From the NCBI RefSeq assembly GCF_009834535.1, contig NC_045696.1, positions 36,768,001 to 36,832,000 of the forward strand: a DNA stretch of 64,000 nucleotides, in the 5' to 3' direction. The notes below the pieces were generated by a model, which searched no databases, was not told the DNA's origin, and was given only the letters and a program-made list of their open reading frames with translations. How positions within the stretch are numbered: the stretch's first letter is position 1; the number at the start of each line of letters is the position of its first letter. The stretch is from Camelus ferus. Its lineage: Eukaryota. Below, piece after piece: positions 1 to 13,584 of this stretch. The translations under genes were made by a program, and so were the position numbers.

Positions 1-535
1 CAGTGTGAATAGGATCTTGGTAGGGAGTGTTGGAGTATTTCTGAAATTCTTTTAGGAGCAGGACACACATATTCGAGATATGTTCTCTTTCGGTATCAGG
101 AAAAGTGTTAAATTAGACATATGCATATTTCTAAGCAAACTGACTCTGAAATTCTACAGAGAGTCCCTGTGTTATCAACAGTTCAACTGTTCATGCCAAA
201 AACACAGCTAAACTAAGATGTGCTTCTGCCTTTCTGCATTTTATGCCAAAAGCAATTAGAGTTGATAAAGTCTTGGGCTCAGAAAATTAAGAACCTGTTC
301 ATGTTGACATACATTTGCAATGTTGATATTTCCAGTCCAGCATGGATTTTCTATTTAAGGCCATATGCAATCCTTTTCTACAGAATTGGAAAAAAGTCTG
401 AATGTGGACTAAAAAAAGGGGCCTTGATGTATGAAAGCAATCATTAAAATCTACATCAAAAGAAAGCATATACGAAGGTTCCGTTTAACAGCTTAACAGG
501 TGTTTTCCAAGCTTACTGACTGCCAAAGCCTTTAC

Positions 536-648
536 ATTTCTTTTTTCCTTTCTCTATTTCTCCCTTCCTTCTCCCCTCTCCTCTCCTCCTCTCTTTCCTT
601 CTCCTCTCCTCACTTCTCCTCTTTCTTCCCCGCCCCAATTTTTTCTTT
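536..648. repeat. CT-rich low-complexity tract
   Basis: Near-pure polypyrimidine run (ttttcctttctctatttctcccttccttctcccctctcctctcctcc...). Confidence 0.85.
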
Positions 649-1139
649 TAAATTGTTGAAACTTGCTTTATGGCATACAGGAGAATTTTTTTTTTAAAGT
701 TCTATTTATTCTGAGGAAGAATACACATTATTCACTTTTAGGATACAGAGTTCTATATTTAATAACACTTATTTAGTGTATTGTTCAAAAAATTTAATAC
801 ATTGCTAATGAGAGTGAGGTCAAAGCATTTATAAACCTTATGGCATACATGTCTAATCAGTATAGGTATAAACTATAAAGAACTGGCACATACAGGCAGA
901 TGGTCCTATCGAATAAGTAGTACATTGTCTATCTGATCTTTTAAGAGAGGTGTATTGAAACTCTTAACACTATGGTTGCTTTTTCAATTATTCTTCGAAT
1001 TCTAAAAATATATTGTTTTTATTAGTTGCATATGCATTTTAGGACTGCAATAACTTTCCAGAGAATTGAATTTAAAAAAAAAAACAACTATGATTCATTG
1101 ACTCCTTTTATCCTTAATAATGTACTTCTCTGCCTATGT

Positions 1140-1360
1140 GATCTTTGACCCTTCAGTTGGGATCCAGAGCATCTTTACAGGGAGATTTCAGGGAAGCAAG
1201 AGAGTGAGAATGGAAGCTGTAAAATCTATTACTTGCCTAAAAACAGCACAATGTCACTTCAGCTGCAGGTCACAAGGCCAGTCAGATTCAAATATTAGAG
1301 AAATAGACTGTCTCTTGATGAGTGAAGCTGGAAATAGTTTGTGGGCATTTTTAATCGTCC
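1140..1360 (-). mobile_element. Old MaLR LTR fragment (MLT1K/L-like)
   Basis: gtcacttc...gtcacaaggccagtcagattcaa...gaaatagactgtctcttgatg resembles the reverse MLT1K/L core. Confidence 0.6.
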
Positions 1361-1704
1361 ACAGACTATTCCTACTTACTGTAATTACTGATATACTTGG
1401 ATGTATTTTTACTGTTGTATTTTGAGCTTTATACTTATCCTTTTTTTCCCCTCATTTCTTGTATTATTTGGATTAATTCAATATTTATTTTTAATTTTAT
1501 TTTCTCTGTATGGCTACTAAAGTTAAAAGCTCTATTTCTATTTTCACCAAGATCATCTAACTTTAGGAAGTTAAAAATCTAACCAGTGTCTTCATCAGCA
1601 AAAGAGACTTGAGCAGTTTTAATTCAGATTACAATTTCTCTCCCCTCTCTTTCAGGATTGTAAACTATCACTGTCCAGTATCTTAGTTTGACTTTAGAAA
1701 ACTT

Positions 1705-1852
1705 TATCTGTTTAGAGCAGTGTTAGGTTTACAGCAAAGTTGAAAGGCGCATACAGAGATTTCCCCACATGCCTCCGCCCATACATGCATATTCTTGCCA
1801 TCTATCACCATCCCCCACTAGAGCAGTACAGTTGTCACAACTGATGAACCTG
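1705..1852 (-). mobile_element. L1 3' end fragment (L1MC1-like)
   Basis: tttagagcagtgttaggtttacagcaaagttga...cccccactagagcagtacagttgtcacaactgatgaacct matches the reverse complement of the L1MC1 3' UTR. Confidence 0.7.
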
Positions 1853-2169
1853 TGGTTCTACTTTTGAACTTAATCAGATTAAACATTTATTTTTACTATT
1901 ACTTTGTGTAAACAATGTTTAAAAGTTCCACCATGTTTTTGATCACCTTTTAAAAAAAATCACATACTTCTGCTCGATTTGTATTCAGCTTAGTTTTTGT
2001 GTTTTTCTTTTCTGTCTGTTGACACTCAGATTCCTTCAGTTTTTTTTGTTTTTTGTTTTCTTTATTTGCTTTGTTCTTGGAACACTGTTTAGCTAGTTCC
2101 TTAACTTGAGATAGCGGGTGTTTCCTCTCAGTTGTCACCTAGAACTCCGTGAGAAAGAGGGGAGCTCGG

Positions 2170-2385
2170 GGATTAAGAGCCAAACCGTTGGTGCCTACTG
2201 TTGGCTCAAATCTGGAATCCCTTTCCTAGTACCTGAGGAACCATGGGCAAATTAGGTAAACTTTCCATCATCTTCATCTGCAGAACAATACCTGTCTCAT
2301 AGAGTTAACTGAATTAACTCTTGTATTCGTAAAGTAGTGTAATCGCGTATTTTAAGCACTCAATACACTTCAGCATTTATCATTT
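2170..2385 (+). mobile_element. MIR SINE
   Basis: ggattaagagc...ggctcaaatctgg...ccatgggcaaatt...tcatctgcag...cctgtctcatagagtt...aagcactcaata follows MIR layout. Confidence 0.65.
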
Positions 2386-2389
2386 TCCA

Positions 2390-3200
2390 TTTGCTCTTGG
2401 GCACCATACTTTCATGGCGTGTCTTTCTTGTGCATTAAAGATCTTTATCTTTGCTTTAAAATATTTCATTACAAGGGGTCTAAATGCATTTATTTTTCCT
2501 TATGCTTTCTTGGAATACAATATGATTCTTGAATATCATGATTTCTGTCTCACAAATTTTGGAGAATTCTCAGCTAATATTGTTTTAAACACTTTCTTTC
2601 TCCTTTTCCTTCTGTTCTTTCACACTGAAACTTTTAATTAAAGCTTATATTTGGTATTCTTATTTTGATCTTCAGGTCTCTTAGAATCACATGTATTTTG
2701 TATAGTTTCTTTTGTGTCTCTTGGTGCAGCATTCCAACTTATTTTTAAATAAGCCTTTTCCAAATCACTGTTTATTTCTTCAGAAATATATGTCTAATAT
2801 GTGTAATATGATGTTTATTTCATCTGTTGAGTTTTTATTTTGGTAGTCCTATTTCTTATTTTTGGGGGGTTCATTTTGAAATTTGCCCAGTCGGTGTTCT
2901 TCGTAGACTTTTTCCAAGTGCATTTATGTATCTTTAAGTTTTCGTACAGAGACTTCTTTAGTCTACATGTGATAAATTTAATAACTGAAATTCTCGGAGG
3001 TTCTAATTTTTAAAATTTTCTGCTGACTGTAATTTATGTTCCTTTTTTTTAGATTTAAGTAGTTCTTGGTAATTAGCTTATGTATGGCTGCACTAAATCT
3101 TTGAGACTCCAGAGGCAGGAATTAAATTAAAGATGCTTTTTACCAGGGAAATTTGCATTTGTTTCTGCCAGATTCTGGGTGTTGCTATGATGCCAGGACA
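2390..3200 (-). mobile_element. Ancient L1 (L1ME/HAL1-type) fragment
   Basis: T-rich tract with motifs such as aattttggagaattctcagctaatatt and catctgttgagtttttatttt, typical of reverse L1 ORF1-region sequence. Confidence 0.5.
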
Positions 3201-3419
3201 AGCTTAACTTAACTTACTTATGTAAATTTTAAAACTTTAAAGTTTAGGCCCTGAGCCAACAAGTGAGATCAAGTTTATAGTTAAAAATCTTCATGCACAA
3301 GTACTTTTTCTCTGTTATTATTATATAATTATTATCATCTAATGGGGATCACAGCTGAGAGATATTTGGGCTGTAAGAAATTAAGAAAAAAATTATAAGA
3401 AAAAGTATAATGTCCATAA

Positions 3420-3810
3420 CACACAGGAAAGTTAAAGATTATTTAAAGACACCTCATGAAATGCATGGAAAAAATTTTTTAATCATCGACTGGAAAGACA
3501 ATATGCACAAAAGCAAATTTCAGAAAGATAAAAATTCATGATGATTCAATAAAATTGAAATGGCTATCACTGGTGAAAGAGCAACTTTCACATGTTAAAA
3601 ATTGCCCAAAAGTGTAGATGAGGAAACCCAATAATGCAAAAACAGCAATTACTTGCACAACAAAGAAAAGAATACAGGCACTGTTCAGGTGATTTTGAAG
3701 CTTCAGTAAGGAGAAATTCTTTAAGTGTGTGACTAGAGATATCAATTCAGCATAACGTCGTGATGTACTAAGAGCTAGAAAGAGAATAGAAAATATATCA
3801 CATGAAAAGA
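3420..3810 (+). mobile_element. Degraded L1 ORF2-region fragment
   Basis: aaagacacctcatgaaatg...gactggaaagacaatat...attcaataaaatt resemble the L1 ORF2 C-terminal half. Confidence 0.4.
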
Positions 3811-3939
3811 ATTATCTGTTTCAGTCTTCAGGTGATTAATATTCCCAATTTTCTTTGGAAAACAGAACTTATTTTAGAGCATTGTTTTTCCTAATTTACC
3901 TCCTGTAACATTGCATTTTCATTGCCTTATCAAACTGAC

Positions 3940-4525
3940 TCATATTTCTCATATTCTCTCCACTGTAATCCATTCTCCATATTCCTGTCAGACTTATGTT
4001 CTGAAATACAAAACTGTATATCTTACTCATACTGTCTATATGACAAAAAACATGTTACTTAGGATGGCATTCACAGTTGGCCACAGCCTAGTTTCACTTC
4101 CTCATACCTTTCATTTTTGTCATGTCTATAACTCTGCAGGCAACCTGCATTTCTTTGAACTCCCCAGGCACACATGTACTGCACTGCTCTGTGAGTTTGT
4201 GTATCACCCAATCACATCGCCTTTTCCTCATAACTTCAATGAAGTTCTACCTGTCATTCTTTCATTATACAGATTAATTATTCTCTTCTCAATGAAGAGT
4301 TCCCTTATTACCTTCTAGGCATAATTAACTGTTTTCTTCCTCAATTCTTTCACAGATATTTTTAAATAAACTATCATATTGTATCATATTAATTTGTTTA
4401 TTATTGTCACTGTCTCCTGTTAGAACTTAAGACCTTTAATAAACAAGGATAATGGTTATTTATCTTTGTGTTCTCAGAATCCATCACAACATTTGGATTC
4501 ATTGGATGTTGAATGAGAGTGAATG
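3940..4525 (+). mobile_element. L2 LINE 3' portion
   Basis: ctgtaatccattctccata...ctgaaatacaaaactg...tgtctcctgttagaacttaagacc...gttgaatgagagtgaatg terminal pattern. Confidence 0.65.
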
Positions 4526-6137
4526 GTGCAGAGAATCAATACATCATCAAATCCCAGATGTTGGAGATAATGAACACAATATTCTATGAAGACAAATATT
4601 AAGCATATAATTGTTAAAAGTGAACACCCTTCAAATGCAACCTGAGTAATAGGAGGAGTAAATAATATTGGAAAAGCTACCCCGATGTCCATAGTTTTAT
4701 TCAATTGTGCTTCTACTTTCGATTAAAATACCATTAGGAAGTAGTTCATTCTTTTCAATGGAATTTAGTATAATCCTTTCATAGCAAAACAGAACAGAAC
4801 ACTAACTGTAACAAAGAAGCAGAATATAGCTGAGGGCAGAATACTCAGAGAGAGGACTCCAGAGTCACTCTGCTGTTCCATGATAAACGCAAAGGAGGCA
4901 ATTAAAAAAGTGGTGTTTTTATAGTTTATTGGAGAAAGTGGAAAGTCATAACAATATAATGATAAAATTGTAATAAAATAAACGCATTTTCAAGTGCATA
5001 GATAAGATGAAAGACTTTTCTACGTTTTTTTTTCCAGGAAGCTGCAATCCCAAAGTTGACTAACTGTTGAGCATTACTGCATTTCAGGGTAGAATATTAA
5101 ACAGAACAGAAGCTTAAAAAAAAAATCCCAAAGAGATCAGGAAATGAAAACTCCTTTAGCCAAATTAATGAAGGTTAATACTGCTTCCCTCACTGGGAGG
5201 CACCAGAAGTTTCTAATAAAAAACAATCTAGTATATCTTGGTGGCTTCACAAGTCTCTACAAAGATGCTGTTATTTTTGTGAATTGAGGTCTTCACGTGC
5301 TGGTGTCATTTTGCTCTGAAATTCTTGTTTTTTCATCTTGAGTCAGCATACCTGAATCCAGTCAATTCCAATTAAATCATTAAACTGTTATGTCTAACAG
5401 AGCTTAATTTTTTTTTCTCTGCTCACAAAACAAGAATTCAGTTTCTGTTCTCCAGTTAGAGACAGAAAGTTCCCTTGAAGCAGTGTCCGAAGGCAGGTGC
5501 TCTCTTGGTTCTGGGGTTGAGTATAACAAGCCTTTGGGCCTGCAGGCTGGCTGCCCTTCCCGAGATCCCTCGTCGTTCAGAGTCTCATAGATGGAGTGGA
5601 AACATTTACTTAGGTGGCCTAGGGTCTTCGGAGCAGGTAGAACTAACACTGTTATGTGAGATTAGGGAAATCTGTTTAAACAAATCTGACTGGCCCTTAC
5701 CAAGTCCTGATGGAAAAGGACTTAAGAGCCTAGTGTTGGTACAGAAATGACCAAAGTCATATTATGATTGGTTGAAATAGCTGCACTGGTTACAGCCAGA
5801 ATCCCAGCTTAATTAGTTATAATGAGAAATATAACTTCTAAATAAATAAAATTCTCGGTAGAACCATAAAATAACTTCCTGTAGACAAGCTAGCAAATCA
5901 TAGAAAGTAACATTATCAGAAGTTTGCTTGGTGGATATGGAAACAGAAATAAAGCATATATGACTCAAATGTGTAGTGACATTGGATTCTGGGAACGGCA
6001 ACACCTGCCACCTGTTCCCATTGCTCTGAGGGGACCCTCCCGCTCTGGGCCAGGCAGGGAGGAGCCCAGGCAGGCAAGGTTCACACCTTTTTTGCTGCCA
6101 TTGTTGATTATACTGTACTAACGAATATACACCAATG

Positions 6138-6791
6138 TGGTGGTTCTTAAACGTTGTGGGATCTGGACCCTGTTATCCTTATCCTGAAACCCAAAGAAGT
6201 TTTGTTTCATGTGGGTTATTCTATCAATATTGGCTGCATTAGAAATCAAAATGGGGGAAGTTTCATTTATTTACTTATTTATTTAAAATAAATAATAAGA
6301 AACCCAGTAAATGTTAAATACATAAGTAACATTTTTTTCTAATGAAAAACCTGTTTTATAAAAGGCACTGTTTCATGTTTTTACAAATTTCTCTTTCATA
6401 TTTGGCTGAATAGAAGACAGAGATATTTTCATGTGCTGTTTACATTCAGTCTGTTACAATATATTGTTTTGGTTGAAGTATATGAAGAAAATCTAGCCTC
6501 ACAGAGATAGGGAGTTACCTTTTCAGATAGCTGTGGATATTTGATCCTATGCGAAATTTGGCAAGTGATAGTTTCCTGTTGCATGTTGCAGAGTGTAATC
6601 TTAAACTATATCAATAATTCTTACTCTGTTACACTGAAATCCATTGGTCTTTCTTACACTAAGGGTAATCTTTTACCCATGCAAGGTTTTTATTATCATA
6701 CATTGGTAAGTTGGAAAATATTGGTTCATTAAATTATGCTTTTCTTCCTAACGTCGATGTAGGGGTCTATTAATCATACTTAGAACCACTG
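6138..6791 (+). mobile_element. hAT-Charlie DNA transposon remnant (Charlie2-like, internally deleted)
   Basis: Terminal inverted repeats gtggttcttaa ... ttagaaccactg; internal aaacccaaagaagttttgtttcatgtgggttat and ttggttgaagtatatgaagaaaatctagcctcacaga resemble the Charlie consensus. Confidence 0.7.
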
Positions 6792-6912
6792 TTCTATAGA
6801 ATGCATTCCTGTAAATATATTAACATTTAAATCAGCCTTGGTATGTGGCAGGTGCTCAATAAATATTTGCTGACTGTGTAAATAAATGGGTGACTAAGGT
6901 ATACATTGAGTA

Positions 6913-7363
6913 TGTTACTGAGAAATCAGCTTTTGCACCCGGAAAAGCGAATTCAGACTCAGTACTCAGCAGAGTACTGGGAGCAAAGAGAAGAGCAGCT
7001 TTATTGCTTCTCCCAGGCAAAGGGAGTCACAGCAGCTAATGCCTTAAAGGCTGTGAGCCCATCTTGGGGCTGGGGGTCTTGAGGTTTTATAGAAAAACTG
7101 GATGGAGCAGAAAAGGTGATAACAGTCAGGGCGTTTTACAGGGTGCTACATTTCTCGTAACCCCTAGGGATCTTCAGGAGGGCCTGTCCATTCTTCTGAT
7201 ACTCTCAGCCTGTTACCTCCTTCCTGGAGCACAGCCTCTGGGTTAAAGTTATTCTCAGGAAAGAATGAATCAGCAAGCAGTTTTGCATCAGGGAAGTCAG
7301 TTTGTTAGTTTGTTTTATGCTCCTTCACATATAAAGATACTTGAAACTGTTTTGAGGTTTATA
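6913..7363 (-). mobile_element. ERV1-type solo LTR
   Basis: Starts tgttac; reverse poly(A) signal tttatt near 7000, reverse TATA ttttata near 7085; possible AGTA TSD; 8-bp hairpin cagtactc-agca-gagtactg at 6960-6979. Right boundary uncertain. Confidence 0.65.
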
Positions 7364-8020
7364 TAGTAGATGACAGATGACTAGGTCTTTTTTGGACTGT
7401 TTCTTCACAGAGGCAAAAGTACTGTCTTAGATGAATCTGACCTTACACCATTCTTATCATCTCGTGGATAGACATATTCTAAATTCTTTGAGTGTTAGTT
7501 GCTGTATTCTTCAACCTTGCCAGGAAAGTGATGAGAAATTTTGCTGTCAATAACCCAAAAGGTAGTGCTTCCTGGTTTCACTGGTACTTGATTTGTGTTT
7601 TGTTTACTGCCTGTGACATGAAAAATAAGGTATAGTTGGAGCTGAATGCTGTCATGAGTTCAGCTGCACTCTGCACTGTGTGTTCAGATTTTATTTGGAA
7701 TTTTCCAGGCAGGCAGGAGCAGCTTTTGATCACTTCTAAATGGAACAAGTAAAGAGACCTACTGTACAGAGTTCTTAATAGGAATTTTGCAATTTTCAAG
7801 TTTTTGAATACAGATAGCATCCACAAGATAAAATTCAGGGTCTGAAGAATTATGGCTTTACACTATTATTTTTCCTAAATTGGGTTTCACATGCCCATTT
7901 TGCTGTATGAGAATTTCAACTCACACAGTGAAATTTTACTTCTACATCTCAGACATTGTGCCAGACAAAGTAATAATGCCACGAGGCATCTAAATATAAA
8001 AGTCAATATCTAACACCAAA

Positions 8021-8476
8021 TAAAATGAGTTGATTTGTGTCCTGGCCAACAAATTCACATGTTGAAATCCTAACCCCAATAACTCAGGAAGTGATCTTAT
8101 TTAGAAACAAGATCTTTACAGAGGTAATCAAGTTAAAATGACATCATTAGGGTGAACTCTAATCCAACATGTCTGCTGTCCTTATAAAAAGGGGGAATTT
8201 GGAGACAGACATGAATAGAGAAAAACATGTGAAGATAAAGGCAGCGATTGGGGTGATGCTCTCACACCAAAGACTGACAGCAAAAACACCAGAATTTAGG
8301 TTGGCAGTCATGTATCTTTCAGAACAGATTCTTTCTCACAGACTCCCGAAGGAATTAACCCTGTTGATACCATGATCTCAGACTTGGAGGCTCCAAAACT
8401 GAGCTAATACATTTCTTTTGCTCCAAGGCACCGGATTTGTGGTATTTTGTTACAGCAGTCCTATCAGACTAATACA
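8021..8476 (+). mobile_element. MaLR solo LTR (MLT1B-like)
   Basis: aaattcacatgttgaaatcctaacccc...gaggtaatcaagttaaaatga...gtccttataaaaagggg...gttacagcag...ctaataca; TSD ccaaa/ccaag. Confidence 0.85.
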
Positions 8477-9047
8477 CCAAGAAACACAATATACTTTTGT
8501 TGTTCTGAATTAAGTTATTTCTCTGCAGCATTTAAGGATGTGTTCGCATCAGCAGATGGGAAGCTCATGTATGACTAAAACCATGTCTTTCTCATGGAAA
8601 GTTTGAGAGTGTTCAGTGCTTTTGATGTGAGCATTGGCATGATGAAATTAGTATTTGTAAATTTGTATTTATATAAATTTGTAAAATTGTATTTGTAAAA
8701 TTTATTGAGGTTTATGGATAAAAATATTAGATGAAGTTCAGATTATAGATATAATCAGTATGAAATATATTGAGAGTCAGCCAGGATTATGCCCAGTGGG
8801 AAGCTGGCTAATTGCAGTGCATTTCTGTACGTTAAGCCGTAGTAAAGATACCTAGAACAACTGACTCCCTATTTTGCTAGTTGATTGTGTTCTACTGTCG
8901 TTTTCCCTAAAATAAGTGAGTAGGGTGACATGGGATATAGTCAATATACAGGTCCGTGGCTTATAAGTTTCATGTAATGTTTTGGGATCTTCATGGAAAC
9001 AAGATACACACTTTAAAATCATTTCAGCATTATGTCTTTAACATCAA

Positions 9048-9441
9048 TGTAGTAGGCAGAATAATGGTCCCCGAATATGCCATGCCTCAGTTCCCAGAAC
9101 CTGTGAATTTTCTTAGCCGAGTTCAGAGTCAGAGGGAGATGTAACTAAGGGACATGGATCAGACAGATGCCACATTGGTGATTTTCTGCTTTGAAGGTGG
9201 AAGAAGGAACCATGTTCCAAGAAATGTGGGCAGCATCTAGTAGCTGGAAAAGGCAAGAAAATACTTCTCCCTTAGAGACTCCAGTAGGGAATGCAGCCCT
9301 GCCAACAACAGGATTTTAGCCCAGAGAGATTTGAGTTGAACTTTTAGCCTTCAGAACTATAAGATAGCAAGTTTGTGTATGTTGATTAAAGCTTTTAAGT
9401 TTATGGTGACTTGTTACAGGAGCAATAGGAACCTAATAACA
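9048..9441 (+). mobile_element. MaLR solo LTR (MLT1D-like)
   Basis: tgtagtaggcagaataatggtcccc...gctggaaaaggcaagaaa...ttgttacaggagcaataggaacctaataaca. Confidence 0.85.
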
Positions 9442-10346
9442 ATAGCAATATAAATTGCTAATACATACCTGTCGATCATCTAATTGTGCAAGATGCTTTA
9501 GAATTACATAGAACAGATTGTAAACAATAATAACCGCAATTTATTGTGAAACGGAGTAAGAGACAATGCTCAATATTCTTAAACCCTTTTTGTACTCATG
9601 GCAATCATGTAAGCAAAAAGATTTAAACAAAAATTTTCCCAAGTTGACACAATTAGTATTAGTCTAGTTTTGCCTGAATTCACTATTGGGTTCTCTTTAA
9701 CGCCTCTATTCGGCTGCCTCTCAGAAGTGCTGATACTGAAGGGCTAACGCCCTACATTAATCACTAACTTGTGTCAGAAGTAACATTCCAAAGAAAACCT
9801 CAAAATCTCAAGAGTGAATACATAATATTTCTTGCATTATTTTTATTATATCTACATTTGTGATTATTACTATAGTTAAAACAAGAAATGAAACTCAGAA
9901 TATGCAGTGTCCTTGGAGTATCTATTTGAGGGTGGCAGGGTGAAAGGTAATTTTGAAGCATATAGTTTTTGTTTACTATTTTGTTTTTAATTTGATATTT
10001 GCTCTTGGACAGAGCAAGAAATGATCTCTAAAACATCTCCCCACTGGGCATAAAACTCATTCTTAGGCACTTGTTATTTCTTCATAGAATTTAGCCACAA
10101 TATTCGCTTTTACTTCTCTTTGGGAAGGTAATGTACATGTTAGCTGGGAGCCTCATCTGGTCTTTGGAGATAAAAATTATCTTATGCTTAATACCATGAT
10201 TCATAAAAGTCTAAAATTTTCCCTAAGATTGATGCAAGTTCCCAGGGGATTTATATATTCATAATCTTTTCTGCCTCTTGGGCTTCTGATTCAGTATATT
10301 CTGTACCACATTGACTAATATTAGTCTCTTAAGATTTACAACACGA

Positions 10347-10410
10347 ACACTGCAGATTTTCCTAAAGACTTCAGTGGGACACTGCAGATTTTCCTAAAGA
10401 CTTCAGTGGG
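10347..10410. repeat. Perfect tandem duplication, 2 x 32 bp
   Basis: acactgcagattttcctaaagacttcagtggg occurs at 10347-10378 and again at 10379-10410 with no mismatch. Confidence 0.97.
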
Positions 10411-10504
10411 AGAAAACAGTGTGGTTTGTAACAACTTCAAATGGAACTATATGCATCTTTGTTCTTAAAAATCTCTCTCATGTCCCCTCCATTTTTGACT
10501 TAAA

Positions 10505-10965
10505 ATTTTTTTTTGGTTGTAAAATATGCATCATAATAAAATTTACCATTTTAACCATTTTTAACTGGTGATTCAGTGACATTAAGGATATTTGCAATGC
10601 TGTGCAACAATTACCATATTCATCTCCAGTATTTTTCATTCTCCCAAACTGAAACTTTTTATCCATCAAAAACTAGCTCCCTATTTCCTTCTCCCTAAGT
10701 TCCCTGGCAACCACCATTCTCCTTTCTCAATGAGTCTGACAAGTCTATGTACCTCATGTAAGTGGAATCGATTCAGTATTTGTCCTTTTGTATCTGGCTT
10801 ATTTCACTTAGCATAATGTCTCCAATGTGGTAGCATGTGTAGCACGTGTCAGAATTTTGGTCCTTTTTAAGGAGGACTAATATTCCATTTAGTGGAATAT
10901 GCGCGTACCACTTATGCATATACCACATTTTGTTTATCCATTAATCTGTGAGTGGATGTTTGGAT
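10505..10965 (-). mobile_element. L1MB-type 3' end
   Basis: Poly-T then aaaatttaccattttaaccattttt...ccctggcaaccaccattct...acctcatgtaagtggaatc...ccacattttgtttatcca. Confidence 0.85.
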
Positions 10966-11281
10966 CCAGGCTGCTGCAACAGGATAACCTAACAACAGAA
11001 ACTTATTTCTGACAGTTCTGGAGGCTGAGAAGTCCATTATCAAGGTGGCAGCAAGTTTTGTCTGGTGAGAACCTGCTTCCCGGTCCATAGATTACCATTT
11101 TCTTGCTGTATGGTCACAGGGTGGAAGGGGCAAGGGAACTCCCTGGGATTCTTTTACAAGGGCATTAATTCCATTTATGAGAGCCCCACCCTCACAGCCT
11201 AATCCCCTCCCAAAGTCTCCACCTCCAAATAAGATTTCAACATGTGGATTTGGAGTAGACACAAACATTCAGTCTAAAGCA
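10966..11281 (-). mobile_element. MaLR LTR (MLT1A0-like)
   Basis: acaacagaaacttatttctgacagttctggaggctgagaagtcca...ctcccaaagtctccacctcc...gacacaaacattcagtctaaagca. Confidence 0.85.
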
Positions 11282-13584
11282 GCACTGACTCATTTCCGCC
11301 TCCCAGATCATCTCCCTTTGTCTTTTCTTCCCACTGCTGTGATCTTTCATCTTGCTCCTCCCTCTTTGTAACAGGAAAGACATTTTCTCTCTTTATTTTA
11401 AACAAAGCAGTTTGGTCTTCCTCTCTGAAGCCTTTGCAAGGCACTTTCCCTTCTTAGATCTAAACTGTTACCTTAAGGGTTGGTTAAACTATTTTTCAAA
11501 TTAATGTAATTCCCTTCTTAAGATGAATTCCTATACTAACTACTAAAGTGAAGTATTTTATTTCTACTTCTTTGCAGAAGTTCATATCTTGCCCACTGTG
11601 AAGGCCTGGATGAAAACTGGAAAGGCCAACTCGGCATGTTTTCTGTCATTGTTGACAGTTTACCATCCTGTGTGGATTAATGGAATAGAGAGAGAGTTCG
11701 TATTAGTATATGACTGGTCATTTTAATGTAAGAAACTATGTTTACTTTTCAATAATATGAAGCATTATATGATTTTTTAGCTACAAGGAATAACTGAAAA
11801 ACTTCAACCTCTCAAATCCATGGATATCATGGCTATTTTAGTTCAGGCCACAGTATGCGAAATATTTCACGAAATACTCAAAATAAGACAGAAAGCTCTT
11901 TAGAGGTGTGAAAAATAAAATTGGCAAAGGCCAAACTGGAAAGAACTTCTTTCTATGGATAATAAAAAGCCAAAAATTAATGAGATGTTTCACATTACAT
12001 ACTTAAAACTCTCTGAAAATGTTTTTCCTGAGCAGTATAATGTTTTTCACAAGCCTCGATGTTAGAAATTAGTGCTCTATCATTAAACTTGAATATCTAG
12101 TCTAGTTTTACATGTTATTATTCTTTTTATTGTAAACCACAGAAAATATATTTATCCACGTCAACATTTATTATCTGAAAGGATTGTTAACTCATTGCAT
12201 GGAAGAATCTGGAAGCAGATCTTGCCTCAGGCATTGAGATTTTTAAATTAGAAGCAGGAAAAAATTAAATCCATGCTACAATTAATGTAGATAGTTGAAT
12301 AGTCAGATAGAGAGGTGACAGACAGATAGATAAGCAAATAAAATTGCAAAAGTATTCTAGATATAATTTTTAAATAATTCAGACTAGAAAATGTCAGTTA
12401 AAGCTCTGAAGTGGTGGAGAAAGAGAGATTTTATCAGAGATCACTGCTTTTGTTTGTTTATTACTAAACCTGAGGTTTTATGCTTCTGTGATGACACTAC
12501 ATATAATTCCCAATGGATTCTAAGACATAGATAATAGAATTCTTTAAAGACTAAAAAATGTACAGAGTCTGAGCGACCTTTACCATGCATTTCAAGGGAA
12601 AACAGCAACTATAAAGAACCTCATCTTGATATTAAACATCTGGGTTTTTTTTGGATTATTTGAGGTTCCTTTCTGAAATATTGACAAACTCTAAATTTTA
12701 TAACTAATTGAGATGTTCTTATTTTTCAAAAGGATTACTTTTAACCATTTGAATTTCATGATCTCATAATTCTAAAAGTGGTTTAGCATTTTCAGAATAT
12801 TACTCACTAGTTAATTCTTTTTAGATAAATGTCAAGTTCTTCTAGTAATACTGGTAAGGAAAAGTATATACTTTTCAAGCAAACTAAATGTGACAACAAA
12901 TCATGCAAGCTATTTGCTACCTGGTATAAATATTGAAGAATAGCTCCTACTTGTCTCTAGTGTGATTCAGCAATAAAGAACTATCATCTACTTCCTAAAA
13001 GGTCAAGTGGATTATTCATTAAAAACTAATTATACCACTTATGAATTCTGTGTAGTTAATTTGCACTCAGTAATTCTTGATACTAGTTTTACTAGGCATT
13101 GCTTTTCTTGGCTATTGGTAATTTTATAGATATGTTCATCATAATATTTATAGAACATGAAATGTGTATTAGGTTAAAAATCTACAGACTTTTCCAGGAT
13201 CATATTATAAATTTGCTAAAATGAATTCCTCTTAACTTGTTAATGAACTAGGCACATTTACAATTAATTGAGTTTCAGTTTATGAAGGTATATATTTTCT
13301 TATATTACTTACTCTGTTTGCATTGCTGCAGATTTTACTGTCAGTGTTCCCTACAGTATCATTTTCATCAATTTATTTTTCAGATACTTTATACATCTTG
13401 GTATGAATCTCTTTTTCACACACATTAATCCATTATCATTTGTTTAAAGGAACAAGTCTTTATTGGTTTGGGGTAGAAAAAAATACTCATCAGTCTGCCT
13501 CGCACAGAAGCCATAATATTCATTTTCTGTATCAATTCTGGTGCCTAGGAGGCTGTCCACATAGGGTAAATTATAAAATAGTTC

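Noticed and set aside
10347..10410. 32-bp repeat as a CRISPR-like array
   Set aside because: Only two adjacent copies, no spacer, and a mammalian context.
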